Source: Phoronis australis (lineage: Eukaryota; Animalia; Phoronida). Taken from it: DNA of 64,000 nucleotides. The notes beneath the pieces were generated by a model. It did not search any database, was not told where the DNA came from, and saw only the letters and a program-made list of their open reading frames with translations. Position 1 is the first letter of the stretch, and each line of letters starts with the position of its first letter. The translations under genes were made by a program, and so were the position numbers. Where the stretch lies: assembly GCA_002633005.1 (NCBI GenBank), contig NMRA01000398.1, positions 355,944-419,943 on the forward strand, in the 5' to 3' direction. Below, piece after piece: positions 25,468 to 37,700 of this stretch.

Positions 25468-25598
25468 TTTCAGTAACGCTAGGACTTACGCTAGGACCTA
25501 GCTAAAATCTAGACAAAGCCACGTGTTCTCATTTACATGTAAAATACACGGCAATACCTCAAGTCTTACTGTTTAGCGAGGTCCCAACGTTACTGAAC
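25468..25598. mobile_element. Short MITE in the 3' UTR of the TLDc-ZP gene
   Basis: ttcagtaacgctaggac...gtcccaacgttactgaa inverted ends; same family as 44455-44591. Confidence 0.7.
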
Positions 25599-25611
25599 GG
25601 GAGGCATGTCT

Positions 25612-25796
25612 TTATTCTTTGTTTTCCGGGTAAGTGAAGTTACGTTTGGCAAAAAAGCCCGCCAAGCAAATGACCAGCAACAAAAGGAAAGCAAGAACTG
25701 ACGCCACAGCATAGAACACAGTGATGTTAACATATCCTCTACAGTCGTCGGTTTTGAAGTCCTCCTTGTATTGGTCTTTGTTTTCGGGCAATCCGT
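25612..25796 (-). CDS. Exon 13: transmembrane helix and short tail
   Basis: DGLPENKDQYKEDFKTDDCRGYVNITVFYAVASVLAFLLLLVICLAGFFAKRNFTYPENKE*. Confidence 0.88.
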
Positions 25797-28700
25797 CTGT
25801 AAATAGACAGTGACATTCGGTCCAAAACCATGCATTTACATAACTTGCTTAAAGAGAGGAAGACGAGTTTTTGGTTATGTAACTGAAGCGGCTTAAAATT
25901 GAACTTTTGATTTGGATCATTTATCGCTATAAAACGGGTCTCAATTTTCTCCTTACACCGATTAGAAAATATTTGCCAAAGAGCTGACATCTCGTTGCTT
26001 TTTGAGAATTTGCTCGGAGTGTTAGCAATAACGAATCGTATGTTCTTTGCAAACCCAAAAATCACGTCTACTCCGAGTACGGAACAAATGGATACTAATT
26101 CAAAATGGTTTAATGCCACGTAGGACCATTTCGACAAGTATTAATTTTACATTTAACCAAATAGGTGCTGAATTGCAATACATATAAGTATCAGATCAAA
26201 CTTTACGTGTAACTTCGAAGCTTTTCCGTGGAAAATATTTCCAGTCCCTATTTAATAGCCTCTTATGCAAAGGGGAACATTTTAAAAATAATTTCGAACA
26301 CCAGTTTAGAGAACCTGTCCTTAAGAAAAGTATTTTAAGTTTCGTATGAATCGAATCAGGCATTTCTGAGGTATGATTAGCCAAATAGACATTTTCTTGG
26401 TTTTTATATAATATTAACTGGGACATGTCACCAAATTTCATTTTGTATGAATGTTCAAGACGAAATCCAAAGAAAAATGTTATAGTTTCGAAATCATCAT
26501 TTCGTTTACAATTTTAGAATTTTTCATTAAAACCTAAATGTGATACTTTTGGTAACCTCATATGCAAAACTGGAACATTTGGAAAACAATTCCTGATTTT
26601 GTTTTGGAGAACATAAAAGCAAGTTCATTTTCTAAAAGTTTCATGTGAGTCTGATTATTCATTCCTACAATATGATGACATGCAGCATTTGGAGAGATGC
26701 TACAGAACTACATATAAATTTACCTTCGTTGGAGACTTTTAACTCCATCTCTAATACCTGTCTGACAGATTCACCGTCTGCAGACCTTCGTTTACGTCCA
26801 ACTGTGCTACACGTATTTCCGTTCGTCTGAAACAGCAGCGCGTAAAATTTACCAAATGCTTCATATAAATTACAAGTAAGCACTTTTGATTTATCTAGAG
26901 TCCTCCACATTTAATGCCAAATAACTTACATTATATGGTTTTACTAATAAATATTACCTGATTTTTTGTTTCTCGCGAAAACTCTACGGTGACTTCATAA
27001 ATGGTGGAGGTTTGGCCGTAAAACCTGAACGTTGTCATGTCAACACACATGGCTTTGCTCAAGGGATCGGTTGTGGGGAAACTGGGACCCACTTGAGTTA
27101 TGGTGTTGGATTTGCATCTGAAAAGATACAACAATGAATAACTGAAATCTACAATGCCGCACGCACAGTATATTTCAAGTGCTGTTCGTGTATACAGGGG
27201 CAATTTAAGGCTCCTTGAGAATTTTCAGTGGTTTTCCAAACTGGCTAAAGCAAATAATATATTCACACTACAAATGTTCCACAAAATTTTGCTTTCTTGT
27301 GATAGTTCTATATTGAGTACTTTGGTTAGACTTACCCTTCTTTTATGATGTAAAACTTCTTTCCGGAAGTATCAATTGTTATAACATCGACTATGAGAGC
27401 GCCTTTGTATGCTAAAACAAAATGTATTACAGGCCAGTGAATGGTGATCTTTAAGCAATATGGCTTGCCATGCAAATAAAACTGTTATCTTGAGGGCAAA
27501 AGGGTTGAAACGCAATAGTGACGAGGAAAACCAAGGGAGGGAGCCTTGTGAAAGTCAAAATGTTAGTTGCAAGGAAACGAAGCGGCTCACTGTAAAAAAT
27601 TAGGCTAGCAAAACATTATTCTTCGGATGTCAATTTGCGGGTATTACTCGAATGTGATGCCTAATAAACTCGTTATGGGTGTAACACAGTATACTTGTGG
27701 TACGCTCGTTTTGCACAGCGCGGATACATACGATTATCGTCACTAAATTTGGGCTCCGCACACAATTGGAATCGTACTCCCAGTGTAGCCAGTGAGATCG
27801 GTTGCCCACCGATGTAGGCGTGCAGAGAAGATGACGGTGGCGCAGCTTTTTCAGCGTTGAGATCTTTCCATTTTCTGAAACCAACAACTACGCAAATCAA
27901 TGCAATTACTTGGAACAGGTCTTATGTAGCATGTTGTGTGTTTGCGCCCTGGCCCTGGAATTCCTAGTCTCCAGTTATCAAGATAAGGCCGGAAATTGTT
28001 AACTAATTTTGCAAACTAGCGGCCACTGAAGTCATTGATCTAAAAACCCGCAGCAGGTTTTTTCGGTGTGTACTTTCACGTTTCCAATCCTCCTGAACGG
28101 GTACAGATGTTTTGCCGGGAAATAAATTAATCAATGCATAGTGCAGGTATTAAACAAGAACACGAAGTCTTTCGACTGCCATAGACAGCTGTCTTCCTGG
28201 GAACGTTCAGTTATGTAGACTGCCCCGTCTCTGTGTATAAAAAGGCATGGCGTCTGATGTAGACTGCTTCGAAATCCCTAATCCCGTAGGAATATACCTG
28301 TTTTCACTGTTCAAAATGCTAACAGATCGTGTCCGTGAACTGAAGACAACCAGCCTGACATAACAGATTTCTTAATGCTCGTCATTACGAGCTTTTAACT
28401 GATGACCAGTCTCTCCTTCATGTTTATAGTAAGCCTCACAGGAAGCACAATCCACTTGGTATAAAACAGCGCACTTTTGATCAGGAGGAATTATATCCTA
28501 GTGGGGCACGCTAACTGATCCCGTGGAGTGTTGACAAGCGAAACACGACATACATTTTTCTCTCTCCCTAGTACTAACATTAGTACTTTGTGGGACAGTT
28601 CCCTTCAGAGCCCAGTTAGGATACACACACGATGATAGAGCAGAATCAAGTAATTTAGACTCAGCGAGCCCGTCCTCTTCCTTACTAACAGCGTTCTTAC

Positions 28701-31700
28701 CCCTTTGTCAGGGAGTTCGAACAACCCCACGTTCTGATGAAGTTGGTGGTGGGAACTCAAGCGTAAAACTGATTATATTAAGCCAGTTTACGATGTGCAC
28801 CCCAAGATCCAGGTAGTCACCAGCTTTCCGGAGGACGAGAGTATCAAAGAACATACAACCTTCTTACGCTGTCTCATGAGTGAACTTCAAGGCAGACGGT
28901 TAGTTAACGTATCGTTTCCAGAGTCTATCGACAGTAGTATACAGCCAAGTAAGAGCTACAAATTCGCCACCATAGGGGGCGTAGCAGCGTCATGTTTCTA
29001 TGTGTAGTAGATACCATCAAAAACACAATATTTCGAGGAAGACAGACTTCCATGTAAGTCCAAAATCTCAATGGTCAGATACATTTGCTTGTTTGTCTTC
29101 GATAACCCCTTCCTGTACCATTTATACTTACCAAAATGATACAGTGGTGCTAATTGTCATGTGTAAACATTTCATTTCAGTCCCAGAAGCAGTCGTCATA
29201 ATTCCCACAAGAAAGAGAACTTTAACATGAGCGGAAAGCTCCTCAACAACAATTGCTAAGAGTTCGAAAACACCTTTCAGGGAAAGTGGAAATCTTTGAC
29301 AAATGGATCATCCATACTGAACATGTGAAAAGTCTGTCCTGTACAGATACATGTAACTTAACTACCACTGATGTTGTTAATGGGTGCGGTGCATTAATAC
29401 GTTTCAAACGAATATATGTTCGAATTACGCATCATCTGTGAGTCACAGTTTTACTTACATGTAGGTTAACCCTTGTCTGAGATCCCTTCCCAATATAAAA
29501 TTTATTTGTCAGATTAGAAGACCAGTTGATCACTAATTGCAGCTATGCACTCGGAAATAAAGGACACGCCACGCAAAATCACAACTGACCACGCCTTACT
29601 GGGGTCGAGCAATAACGTACTGTCACTTCTTGTCACGACCAAAAATCGCTTCTCATCTGAGCTGTGAATATTTTAACGATAATGAGATTTATGGCACTCT
29701 GACATAAATCCTATTATTTGGGCAAATACCATTATAGAGCCCTTCATGCTTCATATCCAACTCCTGGTTAGTTCCTACCAAGTCCGATGGTTGCGCTGTT
29801 TGTTCTTTGTCTCCAGCTTCCTGTTGGCCCAGCCTCAAGCAACAGTACATTCACTCGTAAGTTTTTCTAATTAGACAAGTTTATACTTCTCCCGCCCTCC
29901 CTACCCGGGGTACCACAAAATTTCACGTCAACCGTTTTCTACCTTTACCACGCTCCACCCCTTTTGCCGAACAAAATCTGCTGTTGGTTATTGTCGTTTT
30001 TACAGCCACTGCTCGTACCGTCTTCAAGCCCGGAGCGTGTTACCGCCAGGTAAGAACCGACGTCATTGGCTAGCGACCAGACCTGTACTTGAGCGTCCAT
30101 TACTGCAGCTTGCTTCTCTCCACCCCGGTCACAGCTCTCGTCACATACTGAGCCACAACACCACGTTCCTTACAATATCTCTTTTTATCACTCCGGCTGG
30201 TCTGCTCACTCAGCTTGTCCGGAACCTGCTTTGCAGGTTGTTATAGCCCAGTTGGCTGTTTGGTGTACCCACTTGGTACTTTATATGATATTTGCCCATT
30301 TGGCAGTTTGTACCCACTTGGTACTTGTTATTGAATTTGCCGCTTTGCTCGACCCAGTTGGTAGGCAATCGGCCAATACCCATTTGGTAGTATGTACCCA
30401 TTTGGTACTATGCTAACCTGTGCCACTTAGTATCCGATACTCAGTTACACTTTGGGTATCGGAAATGTGTGTGTTATCTCTTGTAATTAAGGAACCCATC
30501 TGGTTCCTTCTGTGAAATATTTATTTGTAGAGCTGTGACCCTGAAATTCCCAATACAACTTAAAATATTTATTTTTCTTGTTGTTTTATTTGTCCCCACT
30601 AAGTCAGCAACATCAATTTGTTTTTCAAAATGCGCATTTATTTTGCAATAATATGACGAGAGGAATGATAGTAAGATTGAGATTAGGAAGTGGCAGTGTT
30701 GAGTGTTCCGAAAGGACATCAGTGCTTGAACTTATAGCCTATGGTTTACCAGCGAGGTACTTACGCAAAAACTCTTAATTCCGCCGAGAGATTGCGAGAG
30801 ATTGGATCACCTTTGGTATTACATGAAATGTTAACGTAGCCGTCTTCAGGACTATCAAAACCCGGTAGGAGCTGCAGTCTCACTTGGAAACTCACCTCAC
30901 CGTTTGGCTGTAGGGAAATAATGTGAGACATTTACATGTATATAGTAGAATCTCGATACATGTTTAGCAGTGTGTGTTATGTTATGTGAACGGAAAACTT
31001 ACCCGGGGGCTTCTTTTTTCATCACTAACTTCTGCTCGTTATCCATATCTGTTGTAAAGTCTAGATATAATTCAGTCTATAAGCTAATTTTACTTTCATA
31101 AGATATCTTGCTCAATAGAAAAACAATTCGAAATGTCAAAACCGGCAACAAATGAACTTGTTTCCACTGGTTCGCAAAGAAGACATTCGAATAATAGGCC
31201 ATGGAAAATTTACAACATCTGGCATGGGTATGCTAAGATAATAGTCGGTCACATTGTAAGAGAGCCCGGTATGCAATGAGCACAGTATTACTTTCAACGT
31301 CATAATTAAAACCATCGTTGTATTTCCTTAAATGCTGTCCTTTATTCTCATTGTCCCACTTACATTTGCCATGATGTTGCATTTGGGAAGATTCCTAATG
31401 TCAAGGACGAAACTTCCACTTCCGTCGTCAGATGTAGAACAGCTTGAGTCGCCAGGAAATCCCTTGATGAAGGCTTGCCGATACGTCACTCCGTTTGAGA
31501 GACGTGCAGGAAACGTCACTCGCACTCCGTTGTTCCCACAAATATATTCACCTAAATAGCAGCGAATACGATAAAGCAGTTAGGAGGCCCCATGTGAAAA
31601 ATTGAACACAATCTCAGATCATGCGCGCAATATATTTGTTCAAGATCATTAAACAATTCAACAGACTACTTTAAACGCTATTCAAGTACATTCAAGTAAA

Positions 31701-34700
31701 GGCAACCCCGACTATGTCGGCACGAACCTTGAGTGTAGTTTCGTACGCCAGGTCTCCCTGTGGATGCAACTGAAACATATCGAGAACACATTACAAAAGT
31801 TTCCAAGATGGTAGCCGAATAACTCTAAATCACCAGCATTGGGAGCTAGCGATGGCTTCCCATTACACGAATCCAAAAGTTTGTTTTGCCATTTACAACA
31901 GTTAGCTTAAAGATAATCCTACCCATGCCAATTGATGTTGTATGGATTTCGCAAGCTATGCGACAGGCGTAAGCGCGCCGCATGGTTATCGCCTATGAGA
32001 CGGTATCACGTTTTCCTTTGTAGCGTCTTCGTTAGATATAACAAAACAGGTCGCACGGATATCGCACCTTGGGCGCCCATCAGCCGGTTACTGATAAGTG
32101 CTTACCATTGTTTTTTATGAGAAAGAAAAACAAAGTGAACAATATATATGCCTATGTACATGTATGCGACGAGCTTGCACTTTTGTTTCCCATGGGTAGG
32201 TTTATACTATCACCGCTCACAATTAGGCAACTTGACCTAGTGTTTGGGTACCGCGAAATCGGCCGCAGTGACTAAAGACACAATGCAGTTGTAGCCCATT
32301 ACAACGCACCTAGACGTCACAGGCATCTGGTGTTATAGTATTCTAGATTATCAGACCTGCCATAAGCAGACAGGGGATGACAAAAGAATTTTTAAAGGTT
32401 TCTTTTCAAAATCTTTAACTAGCATAATTGAATAATTTGTGAAAAGTACACGTGGTTATATTTCGGAATTTTGAAAATCGGAGACGAAATGTGGCTTTGT
32501 TTTCACATGATGTATCTCATTCTTTCTGCTGATTGAACAACGTTATTTCCAAACCCGAACCTGAGCAACTCAATGTTGAGGTAAGCCAAGTGCCATCGAA
32601 CAATTCTTGCCATGGCTACATCTAATCTCTCTTACTTGCTTTCACTGAAATTCAACACTTTCCTTTGGAGAAATATCAGCCGAAAAACCCGCAACGGAAA
32701 CGCAAACAACCTCGTAAATAGACGCATGTCACATCCTCACTATTGGATCACGCTATTTTCCAAGTTCGGCCCAAACATGTAAAGAATTTAAAGTTTTCAA
32801 AAAGACAGGGGATACGTAAATATTTCAACTAACCGCTAAAGGTTGGGCTTACTCTGTTGTCCCCATACGCGTACATCGAGAGATTAAAAGTAATCAAGTA
32901 ACTGAAATGCCATATCACGATTAAACCTTTCTATAAGATGCCATGCTACATGTATGTGATTGGCACCCGGTTAAGAGGACAACCAATTTACAATGTGTAC
33001 TATTTAAAGGTACCTGTACAACTCTGCTTGTTGCATTGCTGTGTCATCACTGAGTCACCTGAACAGTTCCGGAACTCATTCACACCCATAGAACTCGTAC
33101 ACGACCGTGTTCTTGATTGAATTCCTCCTCCGCAACTTTTACTGCAAGAGCCCCAGTCTGTCCACGTCGACCAACTAGCATCTGCCGACAGTAACAAAAA
33201 ACGTCAGATATCTTCATTTCCGGCATGCTTGACTCTGCATATAACTCCAAATAAACTTGTGGCTAAAAAGACGTTTTCAAATCAGGTGTGATGATATAAA
33301 GTGGTTCAAAATCGATTTTCTTAACATTAAAGTTGCGTCGGGGGACTCAACAGATTCATGTATAACGTATCGTTTTATTGACGTATTTTAAAAATTCCTT
33401 TTGGGGCTAATGGATCAGATATACATGGACATGTGTTGCTGATGCACTACTGAACAAGCAACAGAATAATCTCGTAAATATTCTCAAGATTACGTCACCT
33501 GCGTATGTAACAGAGTACACCTCGATGTCTGACCATTTGACACTTCTCCCACAACCCAATGACCCCCCGCTGTATGTGTGATCTCTTTCGTAGCAGTAAC
33601 CACTGGTGGCAAAGTACTTAGATGCTGCGTTGTAGTTGGAGGATCCGGTGAAGAACATCAGGTCATGGCCACCACCAAACGTCGGTCCGTAGCTCGAAGA
33701 GCGATAAAGAGCGTACTTGCTGTTTGATGATATCTGGTTAAACCGTTTACTGCTACATTCTGATCCGCATATGCGAAACAAAAAAGCCTTCAAGTCTGTT
33801 TGATAGCCATTACCTCCCCAGGACACAAATGCGTAACCCCCGTAGACGGTGCCTTTCGTAGCCTCGCTACCAATGGTGATAGTGGGACCTTTATTGTCGC
33901 ATAGTTGGTGGAAAACTGAGCTCACCATACCATCACCGGTCGCACGGTAAAGCAATTTGAATGCACTATTCGGTAAGTACTGGCGGACTTGCGACACCTG
34001 CTTATCGGACAACAGTTTCGAATTCTCGATGGATTCTGGAATACAATATAAACGTAAATAGTATAATCCAGTTAATACACGTAAATGTATGAAGCTGCCC
34101 AGGGCAAAGTTATTTAACAAAACATTGTTTTACAAGGACATCCCGAACATTATGTGACAAAATAAGCAAAGACAGTAATGTCGGCGTATGACCAACTGAG
34201 ACAAATCTGAAACCAAAGCCTAATTCAAGGTTTATCTTAAGATTGCGTTAGGACCGTTGCAATATTATGAACTCGCGTTCATCACATCGTGGGGGTTACT
34301 TTTTGGTAGTATCGTTTTCTTGGAGTTATTATCTTAAACCAGACCCATCAAATTGCGCAATTCTATTCAACGTTCATGATTCCATAGCAACATTTTATTG
34401 CCATGGCTTCCAGTCAATTTTATGTAAAACCGAGTTGGGGACCTAGTCAGGTGTATCATTGCTATGCGACGAGAAAATGGTCCACACCGTTGATGTGTGG
34501 TGTTAACCAAAGTCAGCTTAAGCATCCAATGGCACAGGAGTACACTTAAAAAAAAGAGGTGACGAGCCAAATCAAATTCGAGGAGTACTCTCACCAGAAT
34601 AAAGGTTTTGTCGAGATCCACTTGTGTTCCAAATGGTTAAATCCCCTTTGAAAAAAACCAATAACATGTTAACCTTTTGAACTTTTTGGGGGTACATTGT

Positions 34701-37700
34701 AAGTATTATCCGAGTACTGAGTTGCTGGATATCGTGTTTAAACTGTCAAATTTCATGACAGCCAAGGTTACCTTAGGAATAAGGTGTAACATGGCATTAA
34801 GTTGTCATTTACATTGCATATCCACCTGCAGTGTAAATAGACTCCATATCCAGCAAATCCAGACAGCTAAGTTCCATACCTATTGCGTTGCTCATATTAC
34901 AAATCTATGCAGGTGAAGATAATTAGGCGCAGATTGCATCCCTTAGTAGTCAAACAGCTGCAGTTAATAAACCGAGTTGTAGTGACCCGATTTTTTCGAT
35001 TTGCACACCGACTTCGAGTATTTTTTACGTTCTACATATCAAAATTCTTGAAAATGTGTACTTTTTCAAAACGCGGATTTATACTTTGATACTGTAGGCA
35101 AGGCTGTTTATTACACTTCACTCAATTTTAAAGCTCTATTAACTGTGTACGTACACGGAAACACGTTTCCAATGAATAACGCTCACCGAAACTAAGCCCC
35201 AGACGCCTCCGGCTTAGCGTTGCGCACAATAGTGGACGCTGTATCTTGATCTCGCCAATACGTTGGTTAATGTACAAGTCAGTGTAAAGGAGATATTTAG
35301 GTGGCGAACCTGAAAGTCAAGCCTCTCAACAGCCACGGAACCAAATAAAAAACACTTTCAAGCTAGAAATTTGTGTGATTTTTGACGGAAAACTTCAGAG
35401 CAACTGCTGAAGCGTTTTGGAGAAAAACAGTGCATTTCAGTTCAAATTAGCTCATAATCTCCAAGCTTCATGGTCGACGGTTTTGTCTTACCCTCAACGC
35501 CATACACCTCAATGTCAGTCCATTTGACACTAGAACCACAGCCCACTGATCCCCCATCAAACGTGTTGTCGCCCACGGAGCAGTAGCCATTGGTAGCAAA
35601 GTATTTAGATCCTGCGTTGTAGCCGAAAGTTCCTTGATCGAAGAACGACAAGTCATGACCACCACCAAATTCAGGTCCGTTGCTTGTATGGTCGTAAATA
35701 GCATACTGCCGTCTATCTGATTTCTGGTTAAATTTCCTACTTGTGCATTCCGGGCCACAGAGGCGTAACAGGAAGGCGTTGCTGTCGGAAGCGTACCCAT
35801 TGGATCGTCTCCAAGATCTAGATGCATATCCAGCGTAGACCGTGCCTTTGGTAGCCTCGCGTCCTACGGTGAGTGTGGGACCTTGCTTGTCACATAAAGA
35901 ATGAAAGGCATTACTTGACATTCCGTCGATTGTGGCGCGGTAGAGTAACTTCATCTTCTTGCCTGGCATGTATTGCCTTAGCTGTGTCAGTTGCTGGGTC
36001 GACAAAAGGTTGGAGTCTTCTATGTACTCTGAAATTGTTAACACGATGAAAAATGAATTACTGTACCATAACAACCGTGATCTCATATCCTGGGAAATCA
36101 TTGTTATAAGTAATCGCCATCCTTGAGAGGAAGCAGTGTGGACTAGTGAGGAAATTGCCCGCCTACTTTACTCAAGTCGTGTGTTCGAGTCCCACTGGGA
36201 CACACTGCTAGAACACTGAATCAGGTCTTAAGCTCTTCAGTTCGGTTTTAACTTTATATTAATAAAGCATAAAAATGGTTTCAGGTAATCTGTGCAATGG
36301 GCCCACCAGATCGTACTTTTGTTAAACACGGTCCTTAGAATTACATAGCTAATCACTAATCTTCTTCACTGAGCGGGAGTGAATTTACTCTCATCTTGGG
36401 ACACGTGTATTCGCTTGGTACTAAACGCAGGGGCATAACAAAAACTACTAGGGTAATAACTTCAAGATTCAAAATCCACAACCCATTGGCTGCCCGTGGG
36501 ACGATGAGTGGAGGCACGTGACGTCCGCTCCCAGTTTGACAATTCCGCTACGAAAATGTGCAAGAAGTTCCCCGAAAGGGCACTTGAAACATCCAGGCAA
36601 TGGACTTTAAGACACATGTGAAACTGAAATCGTGTACAAAAAAGTTAAAGATCGATTCTTTGTGGCTCGTTTTGTTGTCTCGGACAACAACTGGATTAGG
36701 TTGGAATAATTATCCATAATTATGCAACTATAACCATCTCCTAAAATATAAACCTCAATTATCTGGAAAAGACATTGCTTTTCACTTTTCGGTCATAACG
36801 CGATGGGTTACTTGCACAATATCAACCGTAAGTGCCAGAAGCCAGTCAGAATGATGGGCAAAACCGTTGACTTATCTAGCCAGTTTATAAAACCTAGGAG
36901 GCATTAGACGAATATATCGAATTTGAAGACTTTGCCCTTTGAAAGTAGAGACATTATCATACTGACGTGTACAACCTCTCTGGGTTTCGTTGACTTATGT
37001 TAAACATAAATCTCGCCTGGTTTCAATGAAACAATGGATGTTTTCACCTATTTTTATGTTATCGTTGGGTGGATTTGTGTTTGTTATCAACAAATATACA
37101 TAATTGTTTTTGAAGCATCAAAACTGAAATAGGAAACCGATGACATTTGAAAGCTGTAAAACCAAGTTCTCCAGTATACACTGTCCAAAATGATACACAG
37201 TCCACAAGCAATAATATGAAGCTGTTACCAGTAAATATTGTACCGGAAAGCGCTGGTGCGAAGACCATAACAACCTTACGAAACCTGTCTGACTCATGTT
37301 TCGTGCACACTTCAAGTTTTAATATTTCGCTTGAAGCTACATCGCTCTGCCAGATTTACCTTCAATGCTGTACGTCTCCACGTCGACCCACTTAACGTTT
37401 GATCCACAGCCAACTGAGCCCCCATCATACGTGTTGTCGGACCCAGAGCAATAGCCATTCGTAGCAAAGTATTTAGAAGCTGTGTTGTAGCTGTATGATC
37501 CAGAAAAAAACATCAGGTCGTGGCCGCCACCAAACGTGGCTCCATTGTTTGAATGATCGTAGACAGTATAAGTACTTCGAGTTGACATAAGATTGAACTT
37601 TGCACTAGTGCACCTTGACCCACATAAGCGGAACAGGAAAGCTCTAGTGTCAAGACCGTAATTATTGCTACTTTTCCAAGGTCTTGACGTAAACCCGCCA

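Noticed and set aside
25590-25835. ORF-track peptides ...CPKTKTNTRRTSKPT... here and at 59119-59343
   Set aside because: Wrong frame; the splice phase gives the transmembrane-helix frame instead.
31003-31076. Candidate exon TELYLDFTTDMDNEQKLVMKKEAPG with a good gtaagt donor on the minus strand
   Set aside because: It is phase 0-2 like exon 8, so both cannot be included, and it lacks the fourth ZP-N cysteine. It could only be a mutually exclusive alternative, and I see no support for that.
36129-36202. Possible tRNA gene (also 63520-63590)
   Set aside because: A/B boxes are present but the stems do not pair into a cloverleaf; treated as SINE heads.
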